Of a DNA stretch of 64,000 nucleotides, positions 12,920 through 25,346 are shown in pieces. Position numbers and translations under genes: made by a program. The stretch comes from Octopus sinensis (Eukaryota). Positions within the stretch are counted from its first letter, which is position 1, and every line of letters starts with the position of its first letter. The notes under the pieces were generated by a model. It was given only the letters and a program-made list of their open reading frames with translations. It was not told the DNA's origin and searched no databases. Location: NCBI RefSeq assembly GCF_006345805.1, contig NC_043005.1, positions 101,060,001-101,124,000 on the forward strand, in the 5' to 3' direction.

Positions 12920-13470
12920 TATCATCATCATTATCATCATCATCCAATGTTTTAAATCTGGGTTTTGTGCCCATTAAATGGGGTGGCCGGATCTACCTCA
13001 ATGCCATGGCAAGCACTCTCACATCATCTCGCCAGCTTTCCTGGTTTTGGGTGTCCTCCCTTCTCAAGCCAACCCTCCCAATCTCCTCCTCCACCTGTCC
13101 CCTCCACATTTTCCTCGGTCTATCTCACTTTCACACTCCGTTTACCTCAAATGCAATCATCCTCCTCAGAACACGTTCCTCATCCCTCCTCAACACATGC
13201 CCATACCACCTCACTCCATTCACCCTTGCCAACCATTCCACCGATTCCTCCAACCCCAGCATCCCCATCAAGTCCTCAGTCCTCCTCTTATCACTCCACA
13301 TTTCTCTCACCATTGCTCTCTCTCAGTCCTTCTCTAAATTACCATCTCTCTCTCTCTCTCCCTCAGACACCATGTCTCACTCCCATACACCATTGCACCT
13401 CTCACACAACTCTTATAGACTCTTCCTTTCATCTTCAATGAGAACCTTTTCCCATATAACAATGCTCCAC
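12920..13470 (-). mobile_element. RTE-clade LINE 3' fragment with (GAT)n tail
   Basis: Encodes VRWYGHVLRRDEERVLRRMIAFEVNG..DRPRKMW, the typical RTE ORF C-terminus, followed by a (GAT)n tail. Confidence 0.85.
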
Positions 13471-13662
13471 ATTCCCTGAACTTTACACAGCCAATGATGT
13501 GATTGTTTGTTTTTTAAATGACATATGGTAGGTGAGAGAGGCCAGAACAGACTTATTTGAAGACAGAATAGAATATTTTGGCTGGATATGGTCAATTGAA
13601 ATACTAAAGGGCTAAAGTATGAGTCAGTTTCTAACTCACCATTACCACCAATATATACAAAA

Positions 13663-14002
13663 ACAAGTAGAATCTTATTTACATTTGACGGATATTTGTC
13701 CTCATCTTGTTTGTTTTTAACACAACGTTTCGGATGATATACCCTGTAGCCTTCAACAGGGTGTCTTTGGGAAATTTCAAACCTGGGTTCTCATTCCTAA
13801 GGTATTCTTTGATGTTGTTATTATTACCTTAGGAATGAGAACTTAGGTTCGAAATTTCCCCAAGACACCTGAAGAAGGCTGGAGGGTATATCAGCTGAAA
13901 TGTTGTGTTACCAACAAACAAGATGAGGACAAATATCTGTCAAATGTAAATAATGTACATAATTCTTCATCTCTTAAATATAAAACTGTACAAGTAGAAT
14001 CT
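13663..14002. mobile_element. Penelope-type foldback mini-element with 13 bp TSD and hammerhead-like motifs
   Basis: Inverted arms about 13675-13804 and 13825-13953; acaagtagaatct at 13663-13675 and 13990-14002; CTGAAGA-stem-GAAA in the right arm. Confidence 0.8.
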
Positions 14003-14674
14003 GTTATTATTGTACTCAACAGTAAATTACATGTGAAGTTTATATTGTTTTTAAGGTTTTAAAACTCATTTGGCTGATGAAAATTTTTCCCTTCAAGAAA
14101 TAAGATAATTATCAATGAACCTTTTCCAGTTTCCTTTCACATAAACCACTGAAAAGATTTCCAGATATGTGTGACAGTTGTTCATACATTTCCTAACTCA
14201 TGACATCCCAAAATGAGATTAATCTCAGTTGGTGCAAATTTGCTGCCTCTAGCTATGCTTGACTGTGGTCGCTTGGCTGTGTCACCAAACAGGAAGTAGT
14301 TATTCTCTAAAAGAAATTGATTTCCACCTGTTATAGTCTGGCAGTTCATAATTAATCAGTCTAGACAGCAAATGATACTTATTATTCCACACTTGTTTGG
14401 AGTATTATTACATTAGTTCACAAGATCAAATGAAGTAACATAGATATTTCTATTTACTGTATTTCATAGATAATTGAGAGATGATCAAGATTGTCTCTTA
14501 CAAACTTTGGTATAAATGTCAGGAAAGGTTCCAACAAGATGTCTGCAAAGTAATGTCAAATGTGTCAGGTCTACTACAACGGGTCTCAAATATGAATCGT
14601 CTGGTGAAAGTATATTTGTTTAGTTATTCCTTGCTTATTTTACATGCTTCGATGACCACTGTACTTTTATTCTT

Positions 14675-15068
14675 TAACTCTTTTACTTGTTTCAGTCATT
14701 TGACTGTGGCCATGCTGGAGTACCGCCTTTAGTCGAGCAAATCGACCACAGGACTTATTCTTTGTGAGCCTAGTGCTTATTCTATCGGTCTCTTTTGCCA
14801 AACCACTAAGTTACAGGGACATAAATACATTAGCATTGGTTGTCAAGTGATGTTGGGGGGACAAACACAGACACACAAACACAAACATATATATACATAT
14901 ATATAACGGTCTTCTTTCAGTTTCTGTCTACCAAATCCACTCACAAGGCTTTGATCGGCCCGAGACAATAGTAGAAGACACTTGCCCAAGATGCAACGCA
15001 GTGGGTCTGAACCCGGAACCATGTGGTTGGTAAGCAAGCTACTTACCACATAGCCACTCCTACGCCTA
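14675..15068 (-). mobile_element. SINE family A, full length
   Basis: Same head, core and tail as 6640-7073. Confidence 0.88.
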
Positions 15069-15169
15069 TTTATTTTTAGTAATCCACAGGAATTTCTTGT
15101 TCTACATTTAAAATTTGTACCATTTTCTATATAAATTTATTAAAGCAGTGAATTGTTTTATAATTTTTG

Positions 15170-15286
15170 TAGGCAATGATATTTTGGTTTCTCCATATGT
15201 ACTACTCTTAGCATATTCAGTATAATGCTGCCATAACGCTCTGTGACCATAATAAGAACTGAACTTCCATTGTCACTTTCTTTTAA
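15170..15286 (-). pseudogene. Penelope-like element ORF, part downstream of the piggyBac insertion
   Basis: Removing the piggyBac and one TTAA gives SKLDEYLKESDNGSSVLIMVTERY, resembling the PLE IIKxADKGxAVVIMD motif. Confidence 0.65.
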
Positions 15287-15918
15287 CCGTTTAGTCTTCA
15301 GATTAATTTGTGAAATGTAATGCTTATCTGTTCACATTAATTTTGGTTTATTCAGGTTCAAGAGGGGTGGCCACAATATTTGTTTGTAACTTTGTTAATT
15401 TTCTACATACAGATATGAAATTTTGTAAATGGGTGCTTATATGCCAGTGGTTACATAATTGTAGCTGATCTTTCTGATTAGATTTGACTTTTATGAGCAG
15501 GTAAATTTAATTAACAGGTGTAAAAACAATAACATTATGAAGAAACACTAAAATTTATATTCCTAATACATTTTACTTGTTTGGTTTGTCACTAAAATTA
15601 TTCCATATGTCAACCGACAACAATTTTACATTTTTCAAGATGAGGTACATTAATTTGAACTAATTAAAATACAGGTGTGATCAGTGCAAGATTTTATTCT
15701 TTCTCTATATTTCATTCAAACATTTTCATTGAAAGACTGCAAAAGGGTATGAGATTGAGACTCCGTATATGGGTTTCTTTTGCAAAGTGCCCTTGTGTAA
15801 AGGGTGCTTTGGGCAGTTTTATGACAGAAATATGTCATAACTAAATTATTTTGTAACTGTATTATTTTATTAAATATTCGTGTCATTTTATTATAAATAA
15901 TAGGTGTAAGTCAATATA

Positions 15919-16182
15919 AGAAATAATAATAAATGCGCCCTTTTAAAGCCTAGCTAGGCTCTTGGGCCTGGTTTCCCAGTTTCCATGACGTATGTGTTCC
16001 CCAACTGGACGGGACACCAGTCCATCACAGCGTTGCTCATTTTTGCCAGCTGAGTGGACTGGAGCAACATGAAATGAAGTGTTTTGCTGAAGAGCACAAC
16101 GCATCACTCAGTCCAGGAATCAAAACCACAATCTTACAATCATGGTGCTGACACCTTAACCACTAAGCCATGCACCTCCTGA
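15919..16182 (-). mobile_element. tRNA-derived SINE nested in the piggyBac, 11 bp TSD
   Basis: Head tggcttagtggttaaggtgtcagc; aagtcaatata at 15908-18 and 16183-93. Confidence 0.85.
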
Positions 16183-16398
16183 AAGTCAATATACCATTGG
16201 CTGTGTACTCTTATACAATTTAATGCATTTATGTAACAGAATGCATCTAATAAAAAAAGTTCATTAACAGGTGAGACAAAGGTGAATACAGGTGTATAAC
16301 ATACAGAAAATTAATATGCATTTCCCACTTTCACATATTATTTATAATAAAATGAAAAGGACTATTTGATAAAATAATGTAGTTACAAAATAATATAG

Positions 16399-18233
16399 TT
16401 AACTGCCCAAAGCACCCTTTACACAAGGGCACTTTGCAAAAGGAACCCATCTCAATCTGATACACTTTTGCAGTTTTTCCTTTTTTACAGCAAACAGTCT
16501 GCAAACTTTTTTCCTTCTATTTATCTTTTCAACTTTATGAATGTCAGTATTTTCTCTGTTGACATCTGCCTCAGTTAATTTTGTTTTTCTCCCAGTTCTC
16601 TGCTTTCTAGAAGAAAAGCCCTCGCGTAACTGAGATGTGATGTCAACCCAAAATTTCAAATGGTCGTAGTCCTTTGGTGGCGGAGGTACTTTGTGGATTT
16701 TTACATATGCAATATATGAATTAACTATAGTTAAATCAACTTAAAACCACGAAATATACCTCCACCATTTCTTTCCAGGTCGACCAACTGGGTAATATGC
16801 CTGACATTGGTCAAATTTTCCAACCCCACTCATACATTTGTTATACAAATATTCACTAGGGGTTTCCCCTCTGCACCAACACCAAGTTGTTCATTAGTAG
16901 ACAGAAATAAAATCTGTCTTTTGTCTTTGAAAGCAGTAGCTAATAAGTTTTCCGTTTGCATTAGTAAAATTTCTCCTCTTCTTTTTTTTAAATTTTGTTT
17001 TCATTTCACAGGGTAAACCTTTACGGTTACCCATAACAGTACTGCACAGGTAAGTACTTACATGGGCAAGATTTTCTGCCAAAGCCACTGATGAAAAAAA
17101 ACGGTCAAAATAGAGATGCCGGTGCTGATTGTGAAATGGTTCAGTAAGAGACCATGCTACATCATGTCCCAATCCATTTCTTCTGTTTCCATTATATTTA
17201 TTACCTGTGTAAACATCGAAATCTACACTATCCAGTGTCTGATTCCCAAACTTCCCATACCTTGATCCCCCATTTAGTGGGTTTGACAGGCATGTACTGC
17301 TGAAAATGTACTCTGCCCTTATAGCCTTATCATGGCTTCATCTACACTGAGATTTTTCCCAGGTAGATACACAGTTTAATAACTATTAAGGAGTAAATTG
17401 ATTACAGGACGCACTTTGTATAGGGGGTCGTATTTTGGGTCGTTTTTGCTGAGGGCATTAGCAGAATCAATTAAATGTAAATACTGAGATATTTTCGAAT
17501 ACCTCATCTTTGACATTATACTTCAGATATATGGATTATCATACCTTATATCGACTCCAGTAGGAAGCTGTTTAACACCAAATATTAATTGTGAAAAATG
17601 CTCTTTTCCGCAATATAAGTTGGCTGCCATAGTGGATGTCCATGAATAGAAATTATACGTTGTGCATATTTGTTTGTTTCCTTCATAATATTTTCAAAAA
17701 AGCTTTCTGGTAAAAATATAAATTGATAGTCCAATGGTTGAGCATCAGGAGGTAAATTGTGTTGTGCACCAGTGTTTTCTGTGAAATCAGGAATAGTGAA
17801 TGTTACTGTATTCTTTGACCATGTTGCCATGTTTACAATATCATTTTCATCACTTTCATTCTCAAAATCTTCCTCGTCCTATGAATATTCTTTAATATCA
17901 AAATCAGATTAGTCCGAAGACAAAATACTCGTTTCCAGCACGTAAAACGTACCATCCGATTGTGGCTGTTTGCCAGCCTCCCCTGGCCCCTGTGCCGGTG
18001 GCATGTAAAAAGCACCCACTACACTCACGAAGTGGTTGGCATTAGGAAGGGCATTCAGCCGTAGAAACATTGCCAGATCAGACTGGGCCTGGTGCAGCCT
18101 TCTGGCTTCCCAGACCCCAGTTGAACCGTCCAACCCATGCTAGCATGGAAAGCAGACACTAAATGATGATGATGATGATGATATTGTCAAGAGTAAAACC
18201 TTCAAAGTTGGAATCGCTACTTACTGACACCAT
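16399..18233 (-). pseudogene. piggyBac transposase, frameshifted and interrupted by a SINE
   Basis: MVSVSSDSNFEGF start; ETNKYA; SVDEAMIGYKGRVHFQQYMPVKPTKWG; LYFDRFFSS...NRKGLP; KFDQ...KKWWRY; Cys-rich end FCKVPLCKGCF. Confidence 0.9.
17930..18180 (+). mobile_element. RTE-tailed repeat 'family C' nested in the piggyBac ORF
   Basis: gtggttggcattaggaagggcat...catgctagcatggaaagc + (GAT)n. Confidence 0.85.
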
Positions 18234-18500
18234 TTCATTAAAAACTAAGGAACAGACTTCTCTTCAGACATTGAAAAAACCCTGTGGTCTAAACAGTTTC
18301 ACAGTATTTATGCTTGAATAAAGGCAGGAAATGCTTCATCTTACATTATCTCAAAGCTACAAGAATTCAAGAACGTAATTTGTTTATTTTTTTTAGCGAT
18401 TTTGTAGAGCAGCAGGATACGGGCAGATTTGGCCAGTTTGAACAAATAAGGAGGAATTAATTTTGGCTGGTTTTGGCCAGTTTAAACACTAAAAGGTTAA

Positions 18501-19800
18501 ATATTCATCCAATTTTGAATCTCAGTCAGGTGTGTTCATCGTTATGCAGTGAATTTGGATTTTGTTTGTCCCATTTCTGTTGTTCTAAATAGAATTTTCA
18601 AAATATGTTCACAAAATTCCTTAATTCTATCTTTTTCAGAGCAGAACTCACAAAAGGAAAACTTAAAATGTTGTTATTCTGCTTGTCTTTTATGGATTTC
18701 CAAAATATCATCTGTAATTTCTAGAATACTAAATTTTTGAAGAGTTGGTGTGAATTCATGTCCTTTACAGAATAAAGGTAACATCTATTTGCATCGATGT
18801 TAATTCCTTGTTGTGATAGTTGGATTATTTATGGTTTCTCAGGAGTGGGATCCATCTTATGCCAATGTGATTCCAGGTTTTGATCTGAAAATTGATTAAC
18901 AGTCCTCAGCTTCTATTTCCTTTTATTTTGGAATCTGTTTCTTCTAAAGTTAACATTCCTACTTGTTGATCTACCCCTTTGATTATGCATAAAATTGCAT
19001 GTGACCCTCCAACTTTTAAAATCTATTTCTTCTAATATTCGATTTCTTATTTGCTCATCTATCTCTATATCTGGAAGGTGATGGATATCCCTGAAGAAGC
19101 CGAGTTCTCTTATAATCAAAAGCTACATCTAACTTTAGCCTGTTTCTTTATTTTTGGTAATTGTGGCTTTGGGATAATTTTATTGGAAGGCTTCAACATA
19201 GCTTTTCTCACTCTTGGCTTTCTGTAAGAATTGGTTTCAAAAGTGCATTCCTTTTTAAATTGCTTCTTGTAGCTTAAAAACAATTCTCATTTTTTCCCCA
19301 ATTTCTAAAAAGATAACAACTATTTTTCTTTTCACATTTTACCTCTATAATTTGCAAACTTGATCCAGTAAATTAACACCAGTTACATTTGGAATTTTCA
19401 CTTTTCATGTTCTCATCAATATCTTTGTTTTTATCTTCATTTGAATCTTTACACAAGTTCAATAATTCATTGTCAAGAAGCAGTTTTTGACATAGGTTTT
19501 TTCCTATTATTCAGGCATTTTTATTTACAGTCCTGAGTCGTAATTTTCTTGCTAAACTCAGTGAAAATGAGACTGTACAACATTTGCAAATTTCTGCTTT
19601 GTTTTGATTCATCAGCTTAATTCCGAAAGGCAAATTTTCTTAAACCAAAGATTTTGTTGTATGCATAATTATTCAGCTTTTTGTATGAAACGTAACTTTG
19701 AGATTATGCTGCTGAAATTCTTTTCTAAGTGATAAATTACTTCCTGATAATCTACCAAAGGTTTTCTTTAAATAGTTGTTTTGATATTTGAAATAATATT
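18501..19800 (-). pseudogene. Penelope-like element, N-terminal part of ORF, decayed
   Basis: IIQLSQQ...CKGHEFTPTLQKFSILEITDDI resembles the PLE NLS...LxKGLxFxPTP motif; the 5' boundary is uncertain. Confidence 0.6.
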
Positions 19801-19864
19801 TCTATGTTATTACTGACCTGAATATTTTTTTTGTATACTGGATTGTAAATCCAAGAAATAGGTA

Positions 19865-20278
19865 TCATATAGACATTATAGATGCTACATGGTCATTATC
19901 AGCAGCATATGAGCATCAGAGGCACTACATGGATATCATAGATGCTACATGGTAAACGGATGCTAGATAGTAAATGGAAATCACAGACAGGACTTGAATA
20001 TTGCAGATACTACATGTGAATTAACATAATAGGCATTACAGTGGATATCATAAATATGATATGGCCAACACAGACATAGACACTACATGGTTAACACAAA
20101 CACTACATGAATATCATAGAAAACACATGGACATCACAAATGCTACATGGATATCTTAGACACTATATAGACATCACAGGCACTAGATGGACATCAAAAA
20201 CTCTACATGGACATCAGAGACACTATCAAGATTTCAGAGATAACACATACATATCCTGAATACTATGTGGACATAGAA
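19865..20278. repeat. Degenerate minisatellite with about 20 bp unit (consensus about ggacatcatagacactacat)
   Basis: ctacatgg / gacatca recurring at about 20 nt spacing. Confidence 0.8.
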
Positions 20279-20364
20279 TAATACCCTGCAATTTAGTCTT
20301 ACATAGAATTTGCATTTAATGTTTCTTATAGATCTGGTAGAGAACCAGATTAAATGAAGTATTT

Positions 20365-20830
20365 AATGTTGGGGCCAGTACGTTCCTGAACAAGTCTGGC
20401 ATACTACTATAAAATTTGTAAGGTAGACCATCCAGACCTGGTGCCTTATCCCCAGGGCACTCAGAAAGTACTTCTCCTCGGCTGTGATTGGTCTTTCACA
20501 GCGCTCAGCATCACGAGCCGAAAGACACGGGCCGCTGGCCAGAAAACGCTGTAAGGTGTCTCCGTGGTCCAGCGTCCCGCCCTTCCTGAACAACGCGGCA
20601 AGGTGCTTGTGAAAGACCTCACATATCTCATCTTGACCTTGGATCTCCTGTCCTTTCTCATCTGCCAAAGACCCAATAATGGCATCGATGCTACGTTGGG
20701 TTTCTTCCGAGCGAGCCCATCTAGCAGCATTGATACCTTCATGGCCCATTGCACGTATCCTAGCTCGGACTCTGCATCCTTTGTGAAGTGTGTCTGTACT
20801 CTACATGTCCCTTGTCTGTCCTTGTAACGT
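20365..20830 (-). mobile_element. L1/Tx1-type LINE ORF2 fragment (linker before RT)
   Basis: IGSLADEKGQEI..EICEVFHKH..LF..CERPITAEE, then a frameshift to DKAPGLDGLPYKFY. Confidence 0.85.
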
Positions 20831-21484
20831 CCCCTCTAAGTAAACCTTTTTTATAGATAAATAAAGAAATCTATTTAATGTTGGGGAACTAAAGCTAAAA
20901 AACCCTACATGTTCTTAATTTGAATTACCTGACATAGACATTGTAATTCACCTTCATGGAGTATGGTCAGCAAATACATCTAGATGTCAAACATTAAGGT
21001 GTATATGGTTGTTTATTTCAGGTTTTGTACCTCTGCTGTTATTGTTCTCTCACGATATGCCAATTTAACAGTAAGGAATTTCAACCGTGTTTCGTGGTCT
21101 GCTACCACAACAGCTCCTATATAGGATCCAGTTAGCTCAAGACATCATCAGGAGGAACCACGTCCGGTTTCGGCCCCTACTCCTCTACCGTTTTGACGTG
21201 GCGCCCCCCCCCTTTCGGAGGTGTCTTCAGCTCTGGTGTTGGGTGCATGTCTTCTTTCTTCTTCTCTCTTCTGTTCCCTGGCCTCTTTGATGTAGCGCCA
21301 ACGAGTGTCAGTGGACAACTTACTGACTTATCAAATTTTTTCCTTTAAATACCTGCTGCTAGGCTCCAGCAGGCAACCCCAGCAAGTTGTCACGTGACAC
21401 TGTCTCAACTTTAACTGACTAATGAAGGCGCATAGTCTTAGCCCACGGATTCTCTAAATGACCGTCACCTGTCAGTAAGGCCTG

Positions 21485-21972
21485 AAAATTTGGGGGTTAA
21501 AGATGTTAGTTGATTTGATTGATACCTGTACTCAACTGGTACTTATTTTCTTGGTCCCCTAAAAGACAAAAGACACAGTTGGCCCTAGTGGCTCTTGAAT
21601 TCAGAATGTAAAGCTAAAAGAAATGCAGTCAAGCATCTTGTCTGGCATGCTGTCAGTTCACCAACTTTCTAATAATAATAATAACAATAATCCTTTCTAC
21701 TAAAGGCACAAGGCCTGAAATTTTGGGGGAAGGGTACTAGTCAATTACATCGACTCCAGTGTTTCACTGGTATTTAATATATCGACCCTGAAAGAATGAA
21801 AGGCAAAGTGACCTCAACACAATTTGAACTCAGAACGTAAGGGCAGACAAAACGCCGCTAAGCATTTTGCATACTAACAATTCTGCCAACTCACTGCCTT
21901 AATAATAATAATAATAATGATGATAATAATAATAATAATAATAACAATAATAACAATAATAATAATAATAAC

Positions 21973-22003
<31 letters not shown>

Positions 22004-23657
22004 GTTTCAAATTTTGGTACAAGGCCAGCAATTTGAGGGTAGTGGGTACATCAATTATATCAACCCCAGTGTTCAACTGGTACTTATCTTATCGACACTG
22101 AAAAGACGAGAAACAAAGTCAACCTCAGTGGAATTTGAACTCAGAATATAAAGACAGACAGAATGCCACCAAGCATTTTTCTTGGCATTCTAATGATTCT
22201 GCCAACCTTCCTGATTATAATAATGGTTTCAAATTCTGGCGTAAGGCCAGAAATTTTGGGGTAAGGGATAAATTTATTATATCAACTCCAGTACTCAACT
22301 GGTACTTGTTTTATTAACCCCAAAAGAAAGAATGAAAGATACAGTTGGTTCTGGCAGAATTTGAACTTGGAATGCAAAAATGGACAAAATGCCACCAAGA
22401 ATTTTACCTGGCATGCTAATGGTTCTGCAAGATCACTACCTTTGTAGTAGTAATAATAATAATAGTTTCAAATTTTGGCATAAAGCCAGCAATTTCTGGG
22501 GAGATGGGGAAGGTGGTGAGCTGGCAGAAATGTTAGCATGCTAGGCAAAATGCATAGCCGTATTTCGTCTGCCATTACGTTCTGAGTTCAAATTCTGCTG
22601 AGGTCAACTTTGCCTTTCATCCTTTTGGGGTCGATAAGTTAAGTACCAGTTACACACTGGGGTCGATGTAATCGACTTAATCCGTCTGTCTGTCCTTGTT
22701 TGTCCTCTCTATGTTTAGCCCCTTGTGGGCAATAAAGAAACAGGTATTTCGTCTGTCTTTGCGACCTGAGTTCAAATTCCGCCGTGGTCGACTTTGCTTT
22801 TCATCCTTTCGGGGTCGATAAATTAAGTACCAGTTATGCACTGGGATCAATATAATCAGCTTAATCCCTTTGTCTGTCTTTGTTTGTCCCCTCTATGTTT
22901 AGCCCTTTATGTGCAATAAAGTAATAAGAAATGTTAGCAGTATTTTGTCTGTCTTTATGTTCTGAGTTCAAATTCCACCATGGTTGACTTTGCTTTTCAT
23001 CCTTTCAGGGTCAATAAATTAAGTACCAGTTGCATACTGGGGTCAATCTAATTGACTAGCCCCCTTCCCCCAAATTTCAGGTGTTGTGCCTAGAGCAGAA
23101 AAGTATTTCTGGGGAGGTGGGGTAAGTTGATTACAATGACTCCAGTGCTCAACTGATACTTATTTTACTGACCCTGAAAGGATGGAAGACAAAGTGAGCC
23201 TTGGCAGAATTTGAACTCAAAACGTAAAGACATGAGATGCCTCTAAGCATTTTGCCCAACTTCCTAATCATTCTGCCAGCTCACTGCTGGCAGGATTATT
23301 AGCTTTCATCCTGTTGGTCAAAAAAGTCATCAACAGCAATAATCAAGGTCATTGAATGAAAAGGGGAAAGAAGAAAATTGTAAATCATTTAATTATCAAA
23401 CATTATATAAACCCTTTAGATACCAATTTCTTTACTACCCACAAGGAGCTAAACACAGAGAGGACAAACAAGGACAGACAAATGGATTAAGTCATTTATA
23501 TCTACCCCAGTGCATAACTGGTACTTATTTAATCGACCCTGAAAGGATGAAAGGTAAAGTTGGCCTCGGCGGAATTTGAACTCAGAACATAGCAGCAGAC
23601 GAAATACCGCTAAGCATTTCACTAGGCTTGCTAACGTTTCTGCCAGCTCACCGCCTA
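21485..23657. mobile_element. Cluster of about 9-10 family B SINE copies in both orientations, including a head-to-tail trimer (22505-23105)
   Basis: Repeated gaaaggatgaaaggcaaag / gagttcaaattc blocks. Confidence 0.85.
21900..22002. repeat. (AAT)n microsatellite
   Basis: Direct reading. Confidence 0.95.
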
Positions 23658-23664
23658 TCTTAAG

Positions 23665-23862
23665 ATACCAGCCCTGGCTCTGAGTACAAATGTCTTGCTT
23701 CCATAAGTTTTGAATAAAACTCTTCCACCAAACCTTTGTTATGATTTATGTTCCTAACACAAGCTTAATAATAATTAAGCTATTTTACTAAATTCTTTGT
23801 TAAATTTAAAATTAATTGAAAGAAACACAGAGCATCTCAACAGAAATATAGTAATGAAAGGT
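23665..23862. mobile_element. TTAA-type MITE, one end truncated
   Basis: Same body as 45500-45721 and 52495-52695. Confidence 0.75.
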
Positions 23863-25346
23863 TTAAAGCTTTTATAACGTTTCAAAAGATTTTTACAACT
23901 TATCCATTTGCTTGGTAAAGTCAGGTCATGTCAAAATAAAAACAAGTCCTTTTAGGCAGGGCACTATGGAACAGAAGATGTTTTGCTTAACCCCAGCTCA
24001 TCTCTGAGCATGTTAGTTCTATAGCCAAAGACATGCCAGTCATGCCATCCTCTCTTTTTGCTTTCAAATACAATGAATCTAAGACCACACATTAGCTAAT
24101 GTGACTTTCCTTTCGTTTTTCACAGCAGTAGGTTGTTATGTGAGGGAGATTTGGCTGCTATTTTTAGCTGATTCATCAATCAAGTAAAGGCTCATTTCTT
24201 TGTGTAAAGAATATGGAAGAGTTATTATCTTTGGCTGGCAAATTCCCTAAAGGTTGTGCCTCCTCAAATGCAATAATGGTATTTGTTCAGTTTGAAAACA
24301 TAATCTCCTAAGGTACAGCAGCAGCCTTGGTAGTGAAAGGAAACCTTACAACTTGCTGCAAGAAGATTTCTATAGAAACAAAGAATGGATTGAAAATATT
24401 AGTAATAAAAATAAGAATAATAATGCCGAGGAACAGAGAAATGGTGAGCACATTTATTTAGAATAATAACGGCGATACGATGATGATGAGAATGACAACT
24501 GACGTGATGATGATGATGATGATGATAGTGGTGGTAGTGGTGATGATGATGAGGATGAATAAGAAATTTAAAATCTGTAAGACAGAAAAATAGACAGCAT
24601 TAAGGAAAGAGCGAGAAAAAGGAAAGGAACTGATGTATTTGGATTACAAGTTTGAGAATGTTTAAGAGATATAAGAAGAGGAATATGAAGGGATTAAGGG
24701 AAGTTGAAGATGCAAGGAAGAAGATTATCACTATTAAGGGATACTAAAAAGGGGACAAGTTATATATAGCAGTGAGTGAAGTTAATGATATCGCGAGAAA
24801 TGATACAAGGATATAACAACTCTGATACCAATTATGTGTTAGATTTTACTGATGGAGTTATCACAGATGTAATGAGTGTTGATTCTATGAGAAGATTGCG
24901 AAAATAACAGGGGAACCAGAGGAGCAGGAAGACTGGAAAGGAATTAAATGGAAAGCAATCCAAGTCCATTCCAGCCAAAGAACTATAAAACATTGCATTC
25001 TCGTCCTTAGGAAAATTCTAACCAAGGGGGAAAACAGCCAAACTAAAACACAATTTTCATCTTAAACCACTTTCACTCTTTACATATATACATACACACA
25101 TACACACACATACATATTTACATATACATACATACCTACATGGAAACAATGGAGACACACTGTTGACAATTCCTATTAGGATGAAACAGTGCAGTCCAAT
25201 GTTCTCGCTTTGCTTCACTCATGGGGCAGTTATCTACCCTGTCAGTATATATAAATGTGCTTCTATGCAACTATAAGTGGTTTAACTCTTATTTCTAGCA
25301 ACATATGGGCTTACATATATATATATATATATATATATTTAAATTA

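Larger units (their letters stand above)
15287..18496 (-). mobile_element. piggyBac transposon, decayed, with TTAA TSDs
   Basis: TTAA at 15283-86 and 18497-500; termini ccgtttagtcttcaga / ccttttagtgtttaaa; subterminal direct repeat tttggccagttt at about 18428 and 18470. Confidence 0.85.

Noticed and set aside
24560-25050. Decayed coding-like purine-rich sequence
   Set aside because: No motif I can assign
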